Positions 16,747-25,304 of a stretch of 64,000 nucleotides of DNA are shown here, one piece after another (position 1 is the stretch's first letter; each line of letters begins with the position of its first letter). Below the pieces are notes generated by a model that ran no database searches, was not told the DNA's origin, and saw only the letters and a program-made list of their open reading frames with translations. Source of the DNA: an uncultured Albidiferax sp. GTDB taxonomy: Bacteria > Pseudomonadota > Gammaproteobacteria > Burkholderiales > Burkholderiaceae_C. The DNA is taken from positions 386,532 through 450,531 of the forward strand of contig CAUPPH010000001.1 in the NCBI GenBank assembly GCA_963513125.1, in the 5' to 3' direction. Position numbers and translations under genes: made by a program.

Positions 16747-17184
16747 CTAGCGCCCGGACGGCCAGCGGTAGCCCAGCACCGAAGCCAGCGGGTAGCTGTT
16801 TTCGCACACGCAGTCCAACTGGTTGCCGCCCAGCAGCAGCACCTGGTCGCTCTCGGTGCGCAGGTAAAAGCCCACGTGGCCGGTCCAGCCGGTGGGGTTG
16901 TTGCGGGTCAGCACCACGATGCAGCCGGGCACGGGCGCGTCTAGCGGCTGGCCCCAGTCCAGCCAGGAGCGGGCCAGGGCCGAGCCGGTGCCGAAGATGC
17001 CCACCTGGCCCAGCGTCCAGTTCACGAAGGACGAGCACCAGGCGGCCTTGTCGTCATAGCCCGCGATATTGGTGCCCGCGTGGTAGGCGGTGATGCGCGG
17101 GTTGCTCTGGCCGGGGGGCGCGGTGCGCACGCCCTGCTCGCTGGCGGCCACCAGCATCCAGGTGGCGAAAGGCTGGAGCGTCAA
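16747..17184 (-). CDS. TIGR02594-family (CHAP/NlpC-like) putative peptidoglycan amidase
   Basis: AWCSSFVNW (Cys), ARSWL.WG, GHVGFY (His) and LGGNQ motifs; TTG start overlaps the upstream TGA. Confidence 0.8.
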   Translation of the reverse strand: MTLQPFATWMLVAASEQGVRTAPPGQSNPRITAYHAGTNIAGYDDKAAWCSSFVNWTLGQVGIFGTGSALARSWLDWGQPLDAPVPGCIVVLTRNNPTGWTGHVGFYLRTESDQVLLLGGNQLDCVCENSYPLASVLGYRWPSGR

Positions 17185-17867
17185 AACAGCCCCTGCGGCA
17201 CCTTGTCGGCCTTGGTTTCCAGCGGGTTGGCGGCCAGCCAGTTGGCCGGGTACTGGCGCATGAATTCCTTGGCTTTTTCGATGCGCACCGTGAGCCAGGC
17301 ATCCACCGCGCCTTCGTTCAGGATGACGGGCATGTGCTTGTCGTTGCCTGCCGGGCCGTAGCGGCGCATCAGAGCGTGGTTGTTGGCGTTGACGGTGAGC
17401 ACGGTGTAGCTGAGGAAGGGCACGCCGTCCGGCCCGGTCCAGCTAGCCCACAGCCCGGCCACGCCCATGGGCTTGCCGTCGATGCGCGAGATGCGCGTGG
17501 GCACGGCCTTGCCGCTGCGCAGGTCGTCCACAAAAAACGCCTGCATGGGCACGATGCAACGCTGGTTTTGCAGCCAGGCATCGCGAAAGTTTTGCGTGGT
17601 GCTGGCCGTCTCGGACCGGGCGTTGACCAACTTGGGCGCACGCAGCTTGCCGTCGGATGCCGACTTGACCCAGTGCGGCACCAGGCCCCACTGGGCGGGG
17701 GTCAAGACACGCGACGCTGGCGCATCGCCCTCGGCCGCCACAGGCCGGATGCAAAACCCCGGCTTGCGCGGCCACATGTCGCGCTCGCCCAGGGCGCTGG
17801 GCGGTTCGACGCCGAAGGCATCCTGGTAGGCGGCGGCTTGTTGCAGGGATTCGTAGTGGGTGGTCAT
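17181..17867 (-). CDS. SRAP/DUF159 (YedK/HMCES-like) protein with substituted catalytic residues
   Basis: WGLVPHW, NARSET, FRDAW....RCIVP and AGLW motifs; N-terminus MTTHY instead of MC. Confidence 0.85.
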   Translation of the reverse strand: MTTHYESLQQAAAYQDAFGVEPPSALGERDMWPRKPGFCIRPVAAEGDAPASRVLTPAQWGLVPHWVKSASDGKLRAPKLVNARSETASTTQNFRDAWLQNQRCIVPMQAFFVDDLRSGKAVPTRISRIDGKPMGVAGLWASWTGPDGVPFLSYTVLTVNANNHALMRRYGPAGNDKHMPVILNEGAVDAWLTVRIEKAKEFMRQYPANWLAANPLETKADKVPQGLF

Positions 17868-17924
17868 GCGGGGATGGTAGCGCGGTGTTTTGGTAGGCCT
17901 GGCCCGGACCCGCGGAGGGCACAG

Positions 17925-17983
17925 GTCTTTTTGGCACCCTGCGCTTATTCCACCAGCGCGAGAAGCTACATTTTAGATAGCAA
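17925..17983 (-). repeat. REP-like family 1 copy (intergenic)
   Basis: Reverse complement TTGCTATCTAAAATGTAGCTTCTCGCGCTGGTGGAATAAGCGC. Confidence 0.9.
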
Positions 17984-18133
17984 TTTTGCACGGTAAACCA
18001 CCGGCAAAGCCGCCGCCGTGTGCGGCCCCCAGTCAACCACGGCAAAGACTGTGGCGTTGAAAACCTATCAGGTCACATCTCTGACCATCCCCGTGGAGCC
18101 CCCGGCCCACCCACTCCTCTACCAATCACCACC

Positions 18134-18748
18134 ATGAACACATCCACCGATTCCCTCTCCAAGCCCCGCCTGCATCCCTTGGTCATTGCCGCCTGCTCGG
18201 CCATCGTGCTGGTCTGCGCCGTGGGCACGGCCGCCATCATGGGCTGGCTTCCCAACTCTGCGGCCCGCAACACGGAAACCAGCCTGGCACAACCGGCGAC
18301 CATGGCCCCAGTGGAAGCACCCGTCCGGGCCCCTGTGAAGGCCCCGCAAATGGCGGCAGCGCCCGTGCGCAACACCACCACCCACACGGCACCACAGCCA
18401 GTGGCCGCCATCTGCAGCAATTGCGGCGTGGTGGAGTCCACCCGTGAAATCACCACCGCCGCCAAAGGCAGCGGTGTGGGCGCGGTAGGCGGCGCAGTGG
18501 TGGGCGGCGTGCTGGGCCACCAGGTCGGCGGTGGCCGGGGCCGCGACGTGGCCACCGTGCTGGGTGCCCTGGGCGGTGCCTTTGCGGGTAACCACATCGA
18601 AGGCCAGGTAAAGGCCTCGCACAGCTATGAGATCGTGGTGCGCCTGGACGACGGCTCCACCCGCACCTTGCACCAGTCCGAGCAGCCCGGCTGGCAAGCC
18701 GGTGACCGGGTAAAGGTGGTCAACGGCGCATTGCGCTCCATCGGCTAA
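18134..18748 (+). CDS. Glycine-zipper 2TM (SlyB/17-kDa antigen-like) membrane protein
   Basis: N-terminal TM helix; GAVGGAVVGGVLGHQVGGGRG..ATVLGALGGAFAG zipper; C-terminal GDRVKV beta domain. Confidence 0.85.
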   Translation: MNTSTDSLSKPRLHPLVIAACSAIVLVCAVGTAAIMGWLPNSAARNTETSLAQPATMAPVEAPVRAPVKAPQMAAAPVRNTTTHTAPQPVAAICSNCGVVESTREITTAAKGSGVGAVGGAVVGGVLGHQVGGGRGRDVATVLGALGGAFAGNHIEGQVKASHSYEIVVRLDDGSTRTLHQSEQPGWQAGDRVKVVNGALRSIG

Positions 18749-18937
18749 CAACACGAAGCCGCCAGGGGCGGCAGGCACACGTTGCTTCTCAAATGCAAAA
18801 CCTAGGGTTTCACCCTAGATTGCAGTTGCAACACAGCCTGCGGGTTGCCGACACACAAAAGTTGTGGCGGCTTGGGAAGATCACCTCACCCCAAAACAAC
18901 GCACCAATCCTGGTGCAACAACCCAAAGGACTTCACC

Positions 18938-19246
18938 ATGACCCGCTCTATCCACCGTATCGCCGCTTCCGCTTTGTTCGCCCTGGCTGCTGGCGCTTTC
19001 CTCCCCGCCCACGCTGCCACCAACGACGCAGACCTGGCCAGCTCGGTCCAGTCCACTCTGACCAGCCAACTCGGTGCGGATGCCAAGGACGTGACCGTCA
19101 CCGCCAGCAACGGCAGCGTGACCCTGCACGGCTGGACGCAAGGCGTGCAAGACGAAGCCAAGGCCCGCTATGTGGCTAGCACCGTGCCCGGTGTGTCGAA
19201 CGCTTACAGCAACGTGCGCACCTTCTCCACCGACACCAACGACTGA
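18938..19246 (+). CDS. Exported single-BON-domain protein, copy 1
   Basis: Signal peptide ending AHA; D..L...V...L, V.V.ASNGSVTLHG and VPGV motifs; AAGGA SD. Confidence 0.85.
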   Translation: MTRSIHRIAASALFALAAGAFLPAHAATNDADLASSVQSTLTSQLGADAKDVTVTASNGSVTLHGWTQGVQDEAKARYVASTVPGVSNAYSNVRTFSTDTND

Positions 19247-19262
19247 GTTACCCATGGGGGCA

Positions 19263-19317
19263 TTTAGCCCTCTCCCGCCCATCCAGCCAGCGGCTGCAGC
19301 TATTCAAAAGATAGCTG
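19263..19317 (-). repeat. REP-like family 1 copy (in BON-1 terminator)
   Basis: Core GCTATTCAAAAGATAGC at 19299-19315. Confidence 0.8.
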
Positions 19318-19328
19318 CAGCCGTTTTT
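19291..19328 (+). terminator. Terminator of BON copy 1, built on a REP-like core
   Basis: 13-bp stem CGGCTGCAGCTAT/ATAGCTGCAGCCG plus TTTTT. Confidence 0.8.
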
Positions 19329-19342
19329 GGTTTTGGGGTGGC

Positions 19343-19876
19343 TTAGTCGGCAGCTGGGCCATGCGCGAGCGGAAAGACGTGCATGGGCTTCCAAAAGCCG
19401 GAAGCATTCTCCAGTAGCACCACAGCGCTGCAAACGGAGTGGATAGGGCCGTTTGCGGCCATGGCCACCGCCAACTCGGCTTGAGTAGTATCTGCATCAA
19501 TGGCGCACCCGTGCGCGACGGTGAGGTGCGGAATGACCGTCTCGAACTCGCCCCCGAAGGGTGGAAAGTCGGGAAACGCCCGGGCCAAAGACTGGGTGAG
19601 CGCGATGAACGGCGCGGCGGGCTCTGGGGCCAGATAGGTAGTGGCCGGGAAGCGCCCCACCGTCGCCAACGTAAACGGGAAGGCGGCGATGCCGGAGACG
19701 GCCTCCTGAATTCGCCGAACCACGGCCCCGTCCATGCACTCGGGCGGCATGAACGGATACAGCACTGTGATGTGAGCAGGAACGCCGAGCCTAGCCACGG
19801 GGTGGAAGCGCTCACGCAAATGCGCGACGCGGGGCTCGGCTTCGGCGACGCAAACGATGAGACCTGTTTGGGGCAT
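19343..19876 (-). CDS. 2H phosphoesterase (2'-5' RNA ligase-like) family protein
   Basis: Two HxT motifs: PAHITVLYPF and IPHLTVAH. Confidence 0.85.
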   Translation of the reverse strand: MPQTGLIVCVAEAEPRVAHLRERFHPVARLGVPAHITVLYPFMPPECMDGAVVRRIQEAVSGIAAFPFTLATVGRFPATTYLAPEPAAPFIALTQSLARAFPDFPPFGGEFETVIPHLTVAHGCAIDADTTQAELAVAMAANGPIHSVCSAVVLLENASGFWKPMHVFPLAHGPAAD

Positions 19877-19966
19877 ACGCTGCGATGACTAACAAGATGC
19901 AAACCGCAAACACTGCGGTGCGCATAGGCAGCTGTGGTCCCAATCATCCATGGAGTTCTCCTATCG

Positions 19967-20021
19967 TTTTAGCCTTCTAGCGCAAATGGTAACTGCGCTT
20001 ACAGCTATTCAAAGCATAGCA
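19967..20021 (-). repeat. REP-like family 1 copy (intergenic)
   Basis: Core GCTATTCAAAGCATAGC preceded by CTAGCGC..GCGC. Confidence 0.8.
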
Positions 20022-20155
20022 GCCACAAGTCCTAGGGTTTCACCCTAGATTGCAGTTGCAACACAGCCAGCCCGCGCACGACACACAAGAGTCGCTGCCG
20101 CTTGGGAAGATCACCCCATCGCAAAAACATTGCAACAACCCCAAAGGAACTCACC

Positions 20156-20464
20156 ATGACCCGCTCTTTCAACCGTATCGCCGCTTCTGCTCTGTTCGCC
20201 CTGGCTGCTGGCGCTTTCCTCCCCGCACACGCTGCCACCAACGACGCAGACCTGGCCAACTCGGTGCAATCCACCCTGACCAGCCAACTCGGTGCGGATG
20301 CCAAAGACGTGACCGTCACCGCCAGCAACGGCAGCGTCACCCTGCACGGCTGGACGCAAGGCGTGCAAGAAGAAGCCAAGGCCCGCTATGTGGCCAGCAC
20401 CGTGCCCGGCGTAGCCAACGCCTACAGCAACGTGCGCACCTTCTCGACCGACAGCAACGACTAA
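20156..20464 (+). CDS. Exported single-BON-domain protein, copy 2
   Basis: Near-identical paralogue of 18938-19246. Confidence 0.85.
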   Translation: MTRSFNRIAASALFALAAGAFLPAHAATNDADLANSVQSTLTSQLGADAKDVTVTASNGSVTLHGWTQGVQEEAKARYVASTVPGVANAYSNVRTFSTDSND

Positions 20465-20480
20465 GCCAACAATGGGGCTG

Positions 20481-20536
20481 TTTTAGCCCTCTCGCGCTTA
20501 TCCATCCAGCGGTGGCAGCTATTTAAAAGATAGCTG
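20481..20536 (-). repeat. REP-like family 1 copy (in BON-2 terminator)
   Basis: Core GCTATTTAAAAGATAGC. Confidence 0.8.
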
Positions 20537-20547
20537 CCACCGCTTTT
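20508..20547 (+). terminator. Terminator of BON copy 2, built on a REP-like core
   Basis: 15-bp stem AGCGGTGGCAGCTAT/ATAGCTGCCACCGCT plus TTT. Confidence 0.75.
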
Positions 20548-20582
20548 GCGTTGCGGGCCAGCCCATCCGGGACAATAGCCGC

Positions 20583-21536
20583 ATGCCCACCCTCCCCCCC
20601 CCCGGCCCCCATCTGCTGATTCCCCTGGCCGCCAGCGCATCGCCAGGCTGCCGCACCGCACTGGCCACGCTGCGCCTGCCAAACCTGGAGCGCCTGCTCC
20701 AGCGCCTGACCCCCACCCTGCGCGACAACGGCGAAGACACCAGCCTGTCGCCCCCGCACGAGCGGGCGCTGGCGCGGCACTATGGGTTACCGGTGCAAGA
20801 CGGCCTGATCCCCTGGGCGGCCCAAGAGGCCAAGCAAGACGGAGCCTGGGCCTGGGTCACGCCTTGCCACTGGCAGGTGATGACCGACCACATCGTGATG
20901 GCCCCGCCCGACACACTGGCGCTGGAAGAGGCCGAATCCCGCGCCGTGCTGGCCGCCGTGCAGCCCTACTTTGAAGAAGACGACATCCGCCTGACCTACA
21001 CCACCCCCACCCGCTGGCTGGCGCAGGGCGAGATATTCCGTGGCCTGGCCACCGCCTCGTTGGACCGCGTGGTCAGCGGCGTGGGCGCACGCAATGTGGA
21101 CGAATGGATGCCGCCCACCGCCCAGGGCGGCCCGCTGCGGCGGCTGCAAAGCGAGATGCAGATGCTGCTCTACACCCACCCGGTGAGCGACGCGCGGGCC
21201 GAGCGCGGCCTGTTCGCCATCAATTCGTTTTGGGTCAGCGGCAGCGGAGCCTTGGCCAATCCACCCCCTGCACAGCCCGCGCCCACCATGCCACTGACAC
21301 TTTTACGCGCCGCGCAGATGGAAGACTGGGCAGCCTGGGCCGCCGCCTGGCAGCACATCGACACCACCGCCTGCACTGAGTTGCTGGCCGCGCTGGACCA
21401 GGGCCAGGCCGTGCAACTCACGCTGTGCGGCGAAAGCAATGCCCACACTTTTGAATTAGCCCCCCGCAGCATCATGCAAAAAATATCAAGCTTTTTGAGC
21501 CCCCAGCGCTTATCCCATAGGCTGGAGCAGCTATGA
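20583..21536 (+). CDS. Conserved hypothetical protein, distantly iPGM/ApgM-like, translationally coupled to recJ
   Basis: P.HW, LRRLQSEMQMLL..HPV and NSFWVSGSG segments; ATGA overlap with recJ. Confidence 0.7.
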   Translation: MPTLPPPGPHLLIPLAASASPGCRTALATLRLPNLERLLQRLTPTLRDNGEDTSLSPPHERALARHYGLPVQDGLIPWAAQEAKQDGAWAWVTPCHWQVMTDHIVMAPPDTLALEEAESRAVLAAVQPYFEEDDIRLTYTTPTRWLAQGEIFRGLATASLDRVVSGVGARNVDEWMPPTAQGGPLRRLQSEMQMLLYTHPVSDARAERGLFAINSFWVSGSGALANPPPAQPAPTMPLTLLRAAQMEDWAAWAAAWQHIDTTACTELLAALDQGQAVQLTLCGESNAHTFELAPRSIMQKISSFLSPQRLSHRLEQL

Positions 21537-21547
21537 AAATCACAGCA
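21478..21547 (-). repeat. REP-like family 1 copy inside coding sequence (spans the hypothetical/recJ junction)
   Basis: Reverse complement TGCTGTGATTTTCATAGCTGCTCCAGCCTATGGGATAAGCGCTGGGGGCTCAAAAAGCTTGA. Confidence 0.85.
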
Positions 21548-23257
21548 CGTGACATCCCCCCCCGCGCCGTCTGGGCGCTGGAGCAGGCTGGGGTCCACCC
21601 CCTGCTGGCCCGCCTGTTCGCGGCCCGCGGTGTGGACAACAAGGACGCGCTGGACGACGGCCTGGGCCGCCTACTGCCGCCCGCCAGCATGCTGGGCACC
21701 CAGGCGGCCGCTGTGCTGCTGGCCGATGCGATCGCGGCGAACAAGCGCATCTGCATCGTGGCCGACTACGACTGCGACGGGGCCACGGCCTGCGCGGTGG
21801 GCGTGCGCGGCCTGCGCCTGCTGGGGGCGCAGTTTGCCGACTACATCGTGCCGGACCGGGTGGTCGACGGCTACGGCCTCACCGCCAGCATCTCGCGCCG
21901 CGTGAAAGACAGCGGGGCCGACCTGCTGGTGACGGTAGACAACGGCATCGCCAGCTTCGAGGGTGTGGCCGAGGCCAAGGCCCTGGGCCTGCAGGTGCTG
22001 GTGACCGACCACCACCTGCCCGCCATGCGCGACGGGCAGATCGCCGTGCCGGATGCGGACGTGATCGTCAACCCCAACCAGCCCGGCTGCACGTTCGAGA
22101 GCAAGTCGATTGCCGGGGTGGGCGTGATGTTCTACGTGCTGCTGGCGCTGCGGGCCGAGCTGCGCCAACGCGGCGTGTTGACCGCCGAGACGCAACCCAA
22201 GCTGGATCCGCTGCTGACCCTGGTGGCCCTGGGCACGGTGGCCGACGTGGTCAAGCTCGATGCCAACAACCGCCGCTTGGTGGCCCAAGGGCTGAAACGG
22301 CTTCGCGCGCAGGCACAACCTGCGGGACTAGCTGCGTTATTTGTAGCAGCAGGCCGGGTGGCCAAGGTGGCCACCACCTTCGACTTCGGTTTTGCCCTGG
22401 GCCCGCGCATCAACGCCGCAGGCCGCCTGGCCGACATGACGCTGGGGATAGAGTGCCTGCTGACCGACGACCCGGCGCGTGCCACCGAGCTGGCCACCAC
22501 CCTGGACAAGATCAACCGCGAGCGCCGCGAGATCGAGGGCGGCATGCGCGAGCAGGCCATGCTGGTGGCCGAGTCGCTGTTTGACGAATCGGAAGAGCCG
22601 CCGCCCGCCATTTGCGTGTTCGACCCCGACTTCCACGAGGGCGTGGTGGGCATCGTGGCCAGCCGCCTCAAGGACAAGCTACACCGCCCCACCTTCGTGT
22701 TCGCCGCCAGCAAGGCCCCCGGCAAAGAGCACGAGCTCAAGGGCTCGGGCCGCTCCATTCCCGGCTTCCATTTGCGCGACGCGCTGGACCTGGTGGCCAA
22801 GCGCCACCCCGGCGTGCTGCTGCGCTTTGGCGGCCACGCCATGGCGGCGGGCTGCACGGTGCACGAAGACCACCTGGCAGAGTTTGAACAAGGCCTGCAG
22901 CAGGTGGCGCTGGAATGGCTGGATGCCGCCACGCTCACCCGCCGCCTGGAAACCGACGGCCCGCTAGCCCCCGAATACCGCCGCGCCGAGCTAGTCGATG
23001 TGCTGCACAAAGAGGTGTGGGGCCAGGGCTTTGCGCCGCCCACCTTCAGCGAAGAGCTGGAAGTGGTGTCGCAGCGCCTGGTGGGCGAAAAGCATTTGTC
23101 GCTGAAGCTCAAGCACCAGGGCCAACCGGTAGACGGCATCTGGTTCGGCCACACCGAGAGCCTGCCGAACAAGGTGACGCTGGCCTTCCGCCTCGACGTG
23201 AACGAGTGGCAGGGCCAGCGCCGGGTGCAGTTCTTGGTGGAAGGCGTGGAGAGTTAG
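21533..23257 (+). CDS. recJ: Single-stranded DNA exonuclease RecJ
   Basis: DYDCDG, TVDNG, TDHH (DHH), GTVADVV, GPRINAAGR and FGGHAMAAG motifs. Confidence 0.96.
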   Translation: MKITARDIPPRAVWALEQAGVHPLLARLFAARGVDNKDALDDGLGRLLPPASMLGTQAAAVLLADAIAANKRICIVADYDCDGATACAVGVRGLRLLGAQFADYIVPDRVVDGYGLTASISRRVKDSGADLLVTVDNGIASFEGVAEAKALGLQVLVTDHHLPAMRDGQIAVPDADVIVNPNQPGCTFESKSIAGVGVMFYVLLALRAELRQRGVLTAETQPKLDPLLTLVALGTVADVVKLDANNRRLVAQGLKRLRAQAQPAGLAALFVAAGRVAKVATTFDFGFALGPRINAAGRLADMTLGIECLLTDDPARATELATTLDKINRERREIEGGMREQAMLVAESLFDESEEPPPAICVFDPDFHEGVVGIVASRLKDKLHRPTFVFAASKAPGKEHELKGSGRSIPGFHLRDALDLVAKRHPGVLLRFGGHAMAAGCTVHEDHLAEFEQGLQQVALEWLDAATLTRRLETDGPLAPEYRRAELVDVLHKEVWGQGFAPPTFSEELEVVSQRLVGEKHLSLKLKHQGQPVDGIWFGHTESLPNKVTLAFRLDVNEWQGQRRVQFLVEGVES

Positions 23258-23271
23258 CGCTTGATTTTTAC

Positions 23272-23332
23272 AAGCCTTTTAGCCCTCTTGCGCTTATGCA
23301 ACCAGCACAAAAAGCTCTCAAATAAATAGCAA
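23272..23332 (-). repeat. REP-like family 1 copy (intergenic)
   Basis: GCGCTTATGCAACCAGCACAAAAAGCTCTCAAATAAATAGCAA. Confidence 0.85.
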
Positions 23333-23338
23333 CTGGAT

Positions 23339-25204
23339 TTAAAAGCTTTCCCAATCCCCCTCGCCGCCCTTGGCTGCTGCTGGCCGAGCCAGGGCGGGCC
23401 GGGCTAACGCAGGTCGGGCAGGCGCAAGAGCAGGCTTGGCGGTGGTGGCGACCGGACGGCGCGGCGCTGGTGCGGGCTTGGCGGGCTGCGGGGTGCGGGC
23501 CAGGGCTTTGACCGTGTGCTGAATGGCGGGTTTAGCCGGGCTAGCAGGTTTGCCGGGCAAGGCTTTCGCCACGGGGGGCCGGGCTGCAATGGCCGGGCGC
23601 ATGGCCGGACGTGCGGGGGCGATGGCACGCGGCACCGGTGCCGCCAGTTTGGCCGTGTGGCCGCCCACATTGAACACCGACACCACTTCGGCCAGGCGCT
23701 GGGCCTGGTCGCGCAGGCCAGAGGCGGCGGCGGCAGATTGCTCTACCAGCGCGGCATTTTGCTGGGTCATCTGGTCCAGGTGGTTGACCGCCTGGTTGAC
23801 CTGGGCAATGCCGTCGCGCTGCTCGATAGACGCGGCGCTGATCTCGCCGATCAGGTCGCTGACGCGGCCCACGCTGCTGACGATTTCGCCCATGGTTTCG
23901 CCCGCCTGGGTGACCTGCTGGGTGCCCGTCTCAACGGTTTGCACCGAGGCACCGATCAGCGTCTTGATCTCTTTGGCAGCATCGGCGCTGCGCTGCGCCA
24001 GGCTGCGCACTTCACTGGCCACCACCGCAAAGCCCCGGCCCTGCTCGCCAGCCCGGGCGGCTTCCACGGCGGCATTGAGCGCCAGGATGTTGGTCTGAAA
24101 GGCAATGCCGTCGATCGTACCGATGATGTCGGCAATGCGCTTGGACGAGGTGCTGATGTGCTGCATGGTGCCAATCACCTGCGCCACCACTTCGCCACCG
24201 CGCGTAGCGGCCTGGGCAGCGGTGGCGGCCAGCTGGTTGGCCTGACGGGCGGTGTCTGCCGCCTGGGCTACGGTGCTGGTCAGCTCCTCCATGCTGGCGG
24301 CGGCCTGCTGCAGGTTGGAGGCGGTTTGCTCGGTGCGCTCTGAGAGGTCGTGGTTGCCGGTGGCGATCTCATTGGAGGCGGTGGACACCGAATCCACGCC
24401 GGTGCGCACCTCGGCCACCAGCCCGCGCAGCTTGACCACCATGGTGGAGAGCGAGCGCAGCAAATGGCCGAATTCGTCTTTGCGCAGGTCTTGCACTTCC
24501 AGGGTCAGGTCGCCCGCGGCGATGGCATCGGTTACGGCCACGGCCCGCTGCAGCGGCAGGGTGATGGAGTGCACCAGCCAATACGCCAGCAGCACGCCCA
24601 GCGCAAACACCACGGCCACGCTCACCACGGCCACCAGCGCCACGTTGCTGCTGGCGTCTTGCGCAGTCTGCTTGGCGGCATCCCGCTCCTGGATCTGCAG
24701 GGCCAGGAATTTATCGATCGCGTCCAGGTACACCGCGGCACGGGGCCGGTAGTCTTTGTCCATGAAGGCCTGGCTGGCCTCGGCATCCCGCGCTTCCTTG
24801 AGCTGCTTGACCTTGTCGCCCAGGCCACGGATGTCGGCACGGGTGCTGACGATGCGTTCCATGGCGGCCTTGTCTGCCGGGGTTTCGGCAGCCTTGGTCA
24901 TGCGCTCCTGGATGGGGTTGATCTTGGCGGTGAGCTCGGCGGCCCGGGCTTCGAAAACCTTGCCTTGCGCTTCGTCGGTGGTGAGCACGCTGTAGATGTT
25001 CATGCTCACCGCCATCTCGACCATGCCACGCCAGCCGGTGACGGTGGTGATGGCATCCTCGTACTGCGCCACCTGGCGGTCGAGGGTGTCGTTGACCTGG
25101 CGGGTCTGCATCTGGGTCCACACCGTCACCAGCAGCATCGCCACCAGCAAACCCAAAATCGTAGCCCACAGCTTGTGGGACACCCGCATGTCATTGAATT
25201 TCAT
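23339..25204 (-). CDS. Methyl-accepting chemotaxis protein with long Pro/Ala tail
   Basis: Two TMs, [34 protein letters not shown]; terminal pentapeptide DWESF. Confidence 0.95.
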   Translation of the reverse strand: MKFNDMRVSHKLWATILGLLVAMLLVTVWTQMQTRQVNDTLDRQVAQYEDAITTVTGWRGMVEMAVSMNIYSVLTTDEAQGKVFEARAAELTAKINPIQERMTKAAETPADKAAMERIVSTRADIRGLGDKVKQLKEARDAEASQAFMDKDYRPRAAVYLDAIDKFLALQIQERDAAKQTAQDASSNVALVAVVSVAVVFALGVLLAYWLVHSITLPLQRAVAVTDAIAAGDLTLEVQDLRKDEFGHLLRSLSTMVVKLRGLVAEVRTGVDSVSTASNEIATGNHDLSERTEQTASNLQQAAASMEELTSTVAQAADTARQANQLAATAAQAATRGGEVVAQVIGTMQHISTSSKRIADIIGTIDGIAFQTNILALNAAVEAARAGEQGRGFAVVASEVRSLAQRSADAAKEIKTLIGASVQTVETGTQQVTQAGETMGEIVSSVGRVSDLIGEISAASIEQRDGIAQVNQAVNHLDQMTQQNAALVEQSAAAASGLRDQAQRLAEVVSVFNVGGHTAKLAAPVPRAIAPARPAMRPAIAARPPVAKALPGKPASPAKPAIQHTVKALARTPQPAKPAPAPRRPVATTAKPALAPARPALARPALARPAAAKGGEGDWESF

Positions 25205-25304
25205 GGTGTTTCTCTTGGTTCATCGCGCCCCCCTGGCCAAAGGTGGCCAAAAAGTAACCGGATGCTACATCTAAACACACCGCCCCCTGCAGGGAGCGCC
25301 ACGC

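Larger units (their letters stand above)
18801..19328 (+). repeat. Direct repeat of the BON cassette (promoter+gene+terminator), copy 1
   Basis: Aligns to 20031-20546; the first 38 bp are identical and the proteins differ at 6 of 102 residues. Confidence 0.9.
20031..20546 (+). repeat. Direct repeat of the BON cassette, copy 2
   Basis: Aligns to 18801-19328. Confidence 0.9.

Noticed and set aside
17868-17990. LexA box upstream of the SRAP-like gene
   Set aside because: No CTGT-N8-ACAG match is visible
18839-18937. Riboswitch in the BON leader
   Set aside because: Only a short variable stem is shared between the copies; no recognisable aptamer consensus
16747-20464. Prophage remnant (lysin-like gene plus small exported proteins)
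   Set aside because: No integrase, structural, holin or replication genes; codon style is host-like
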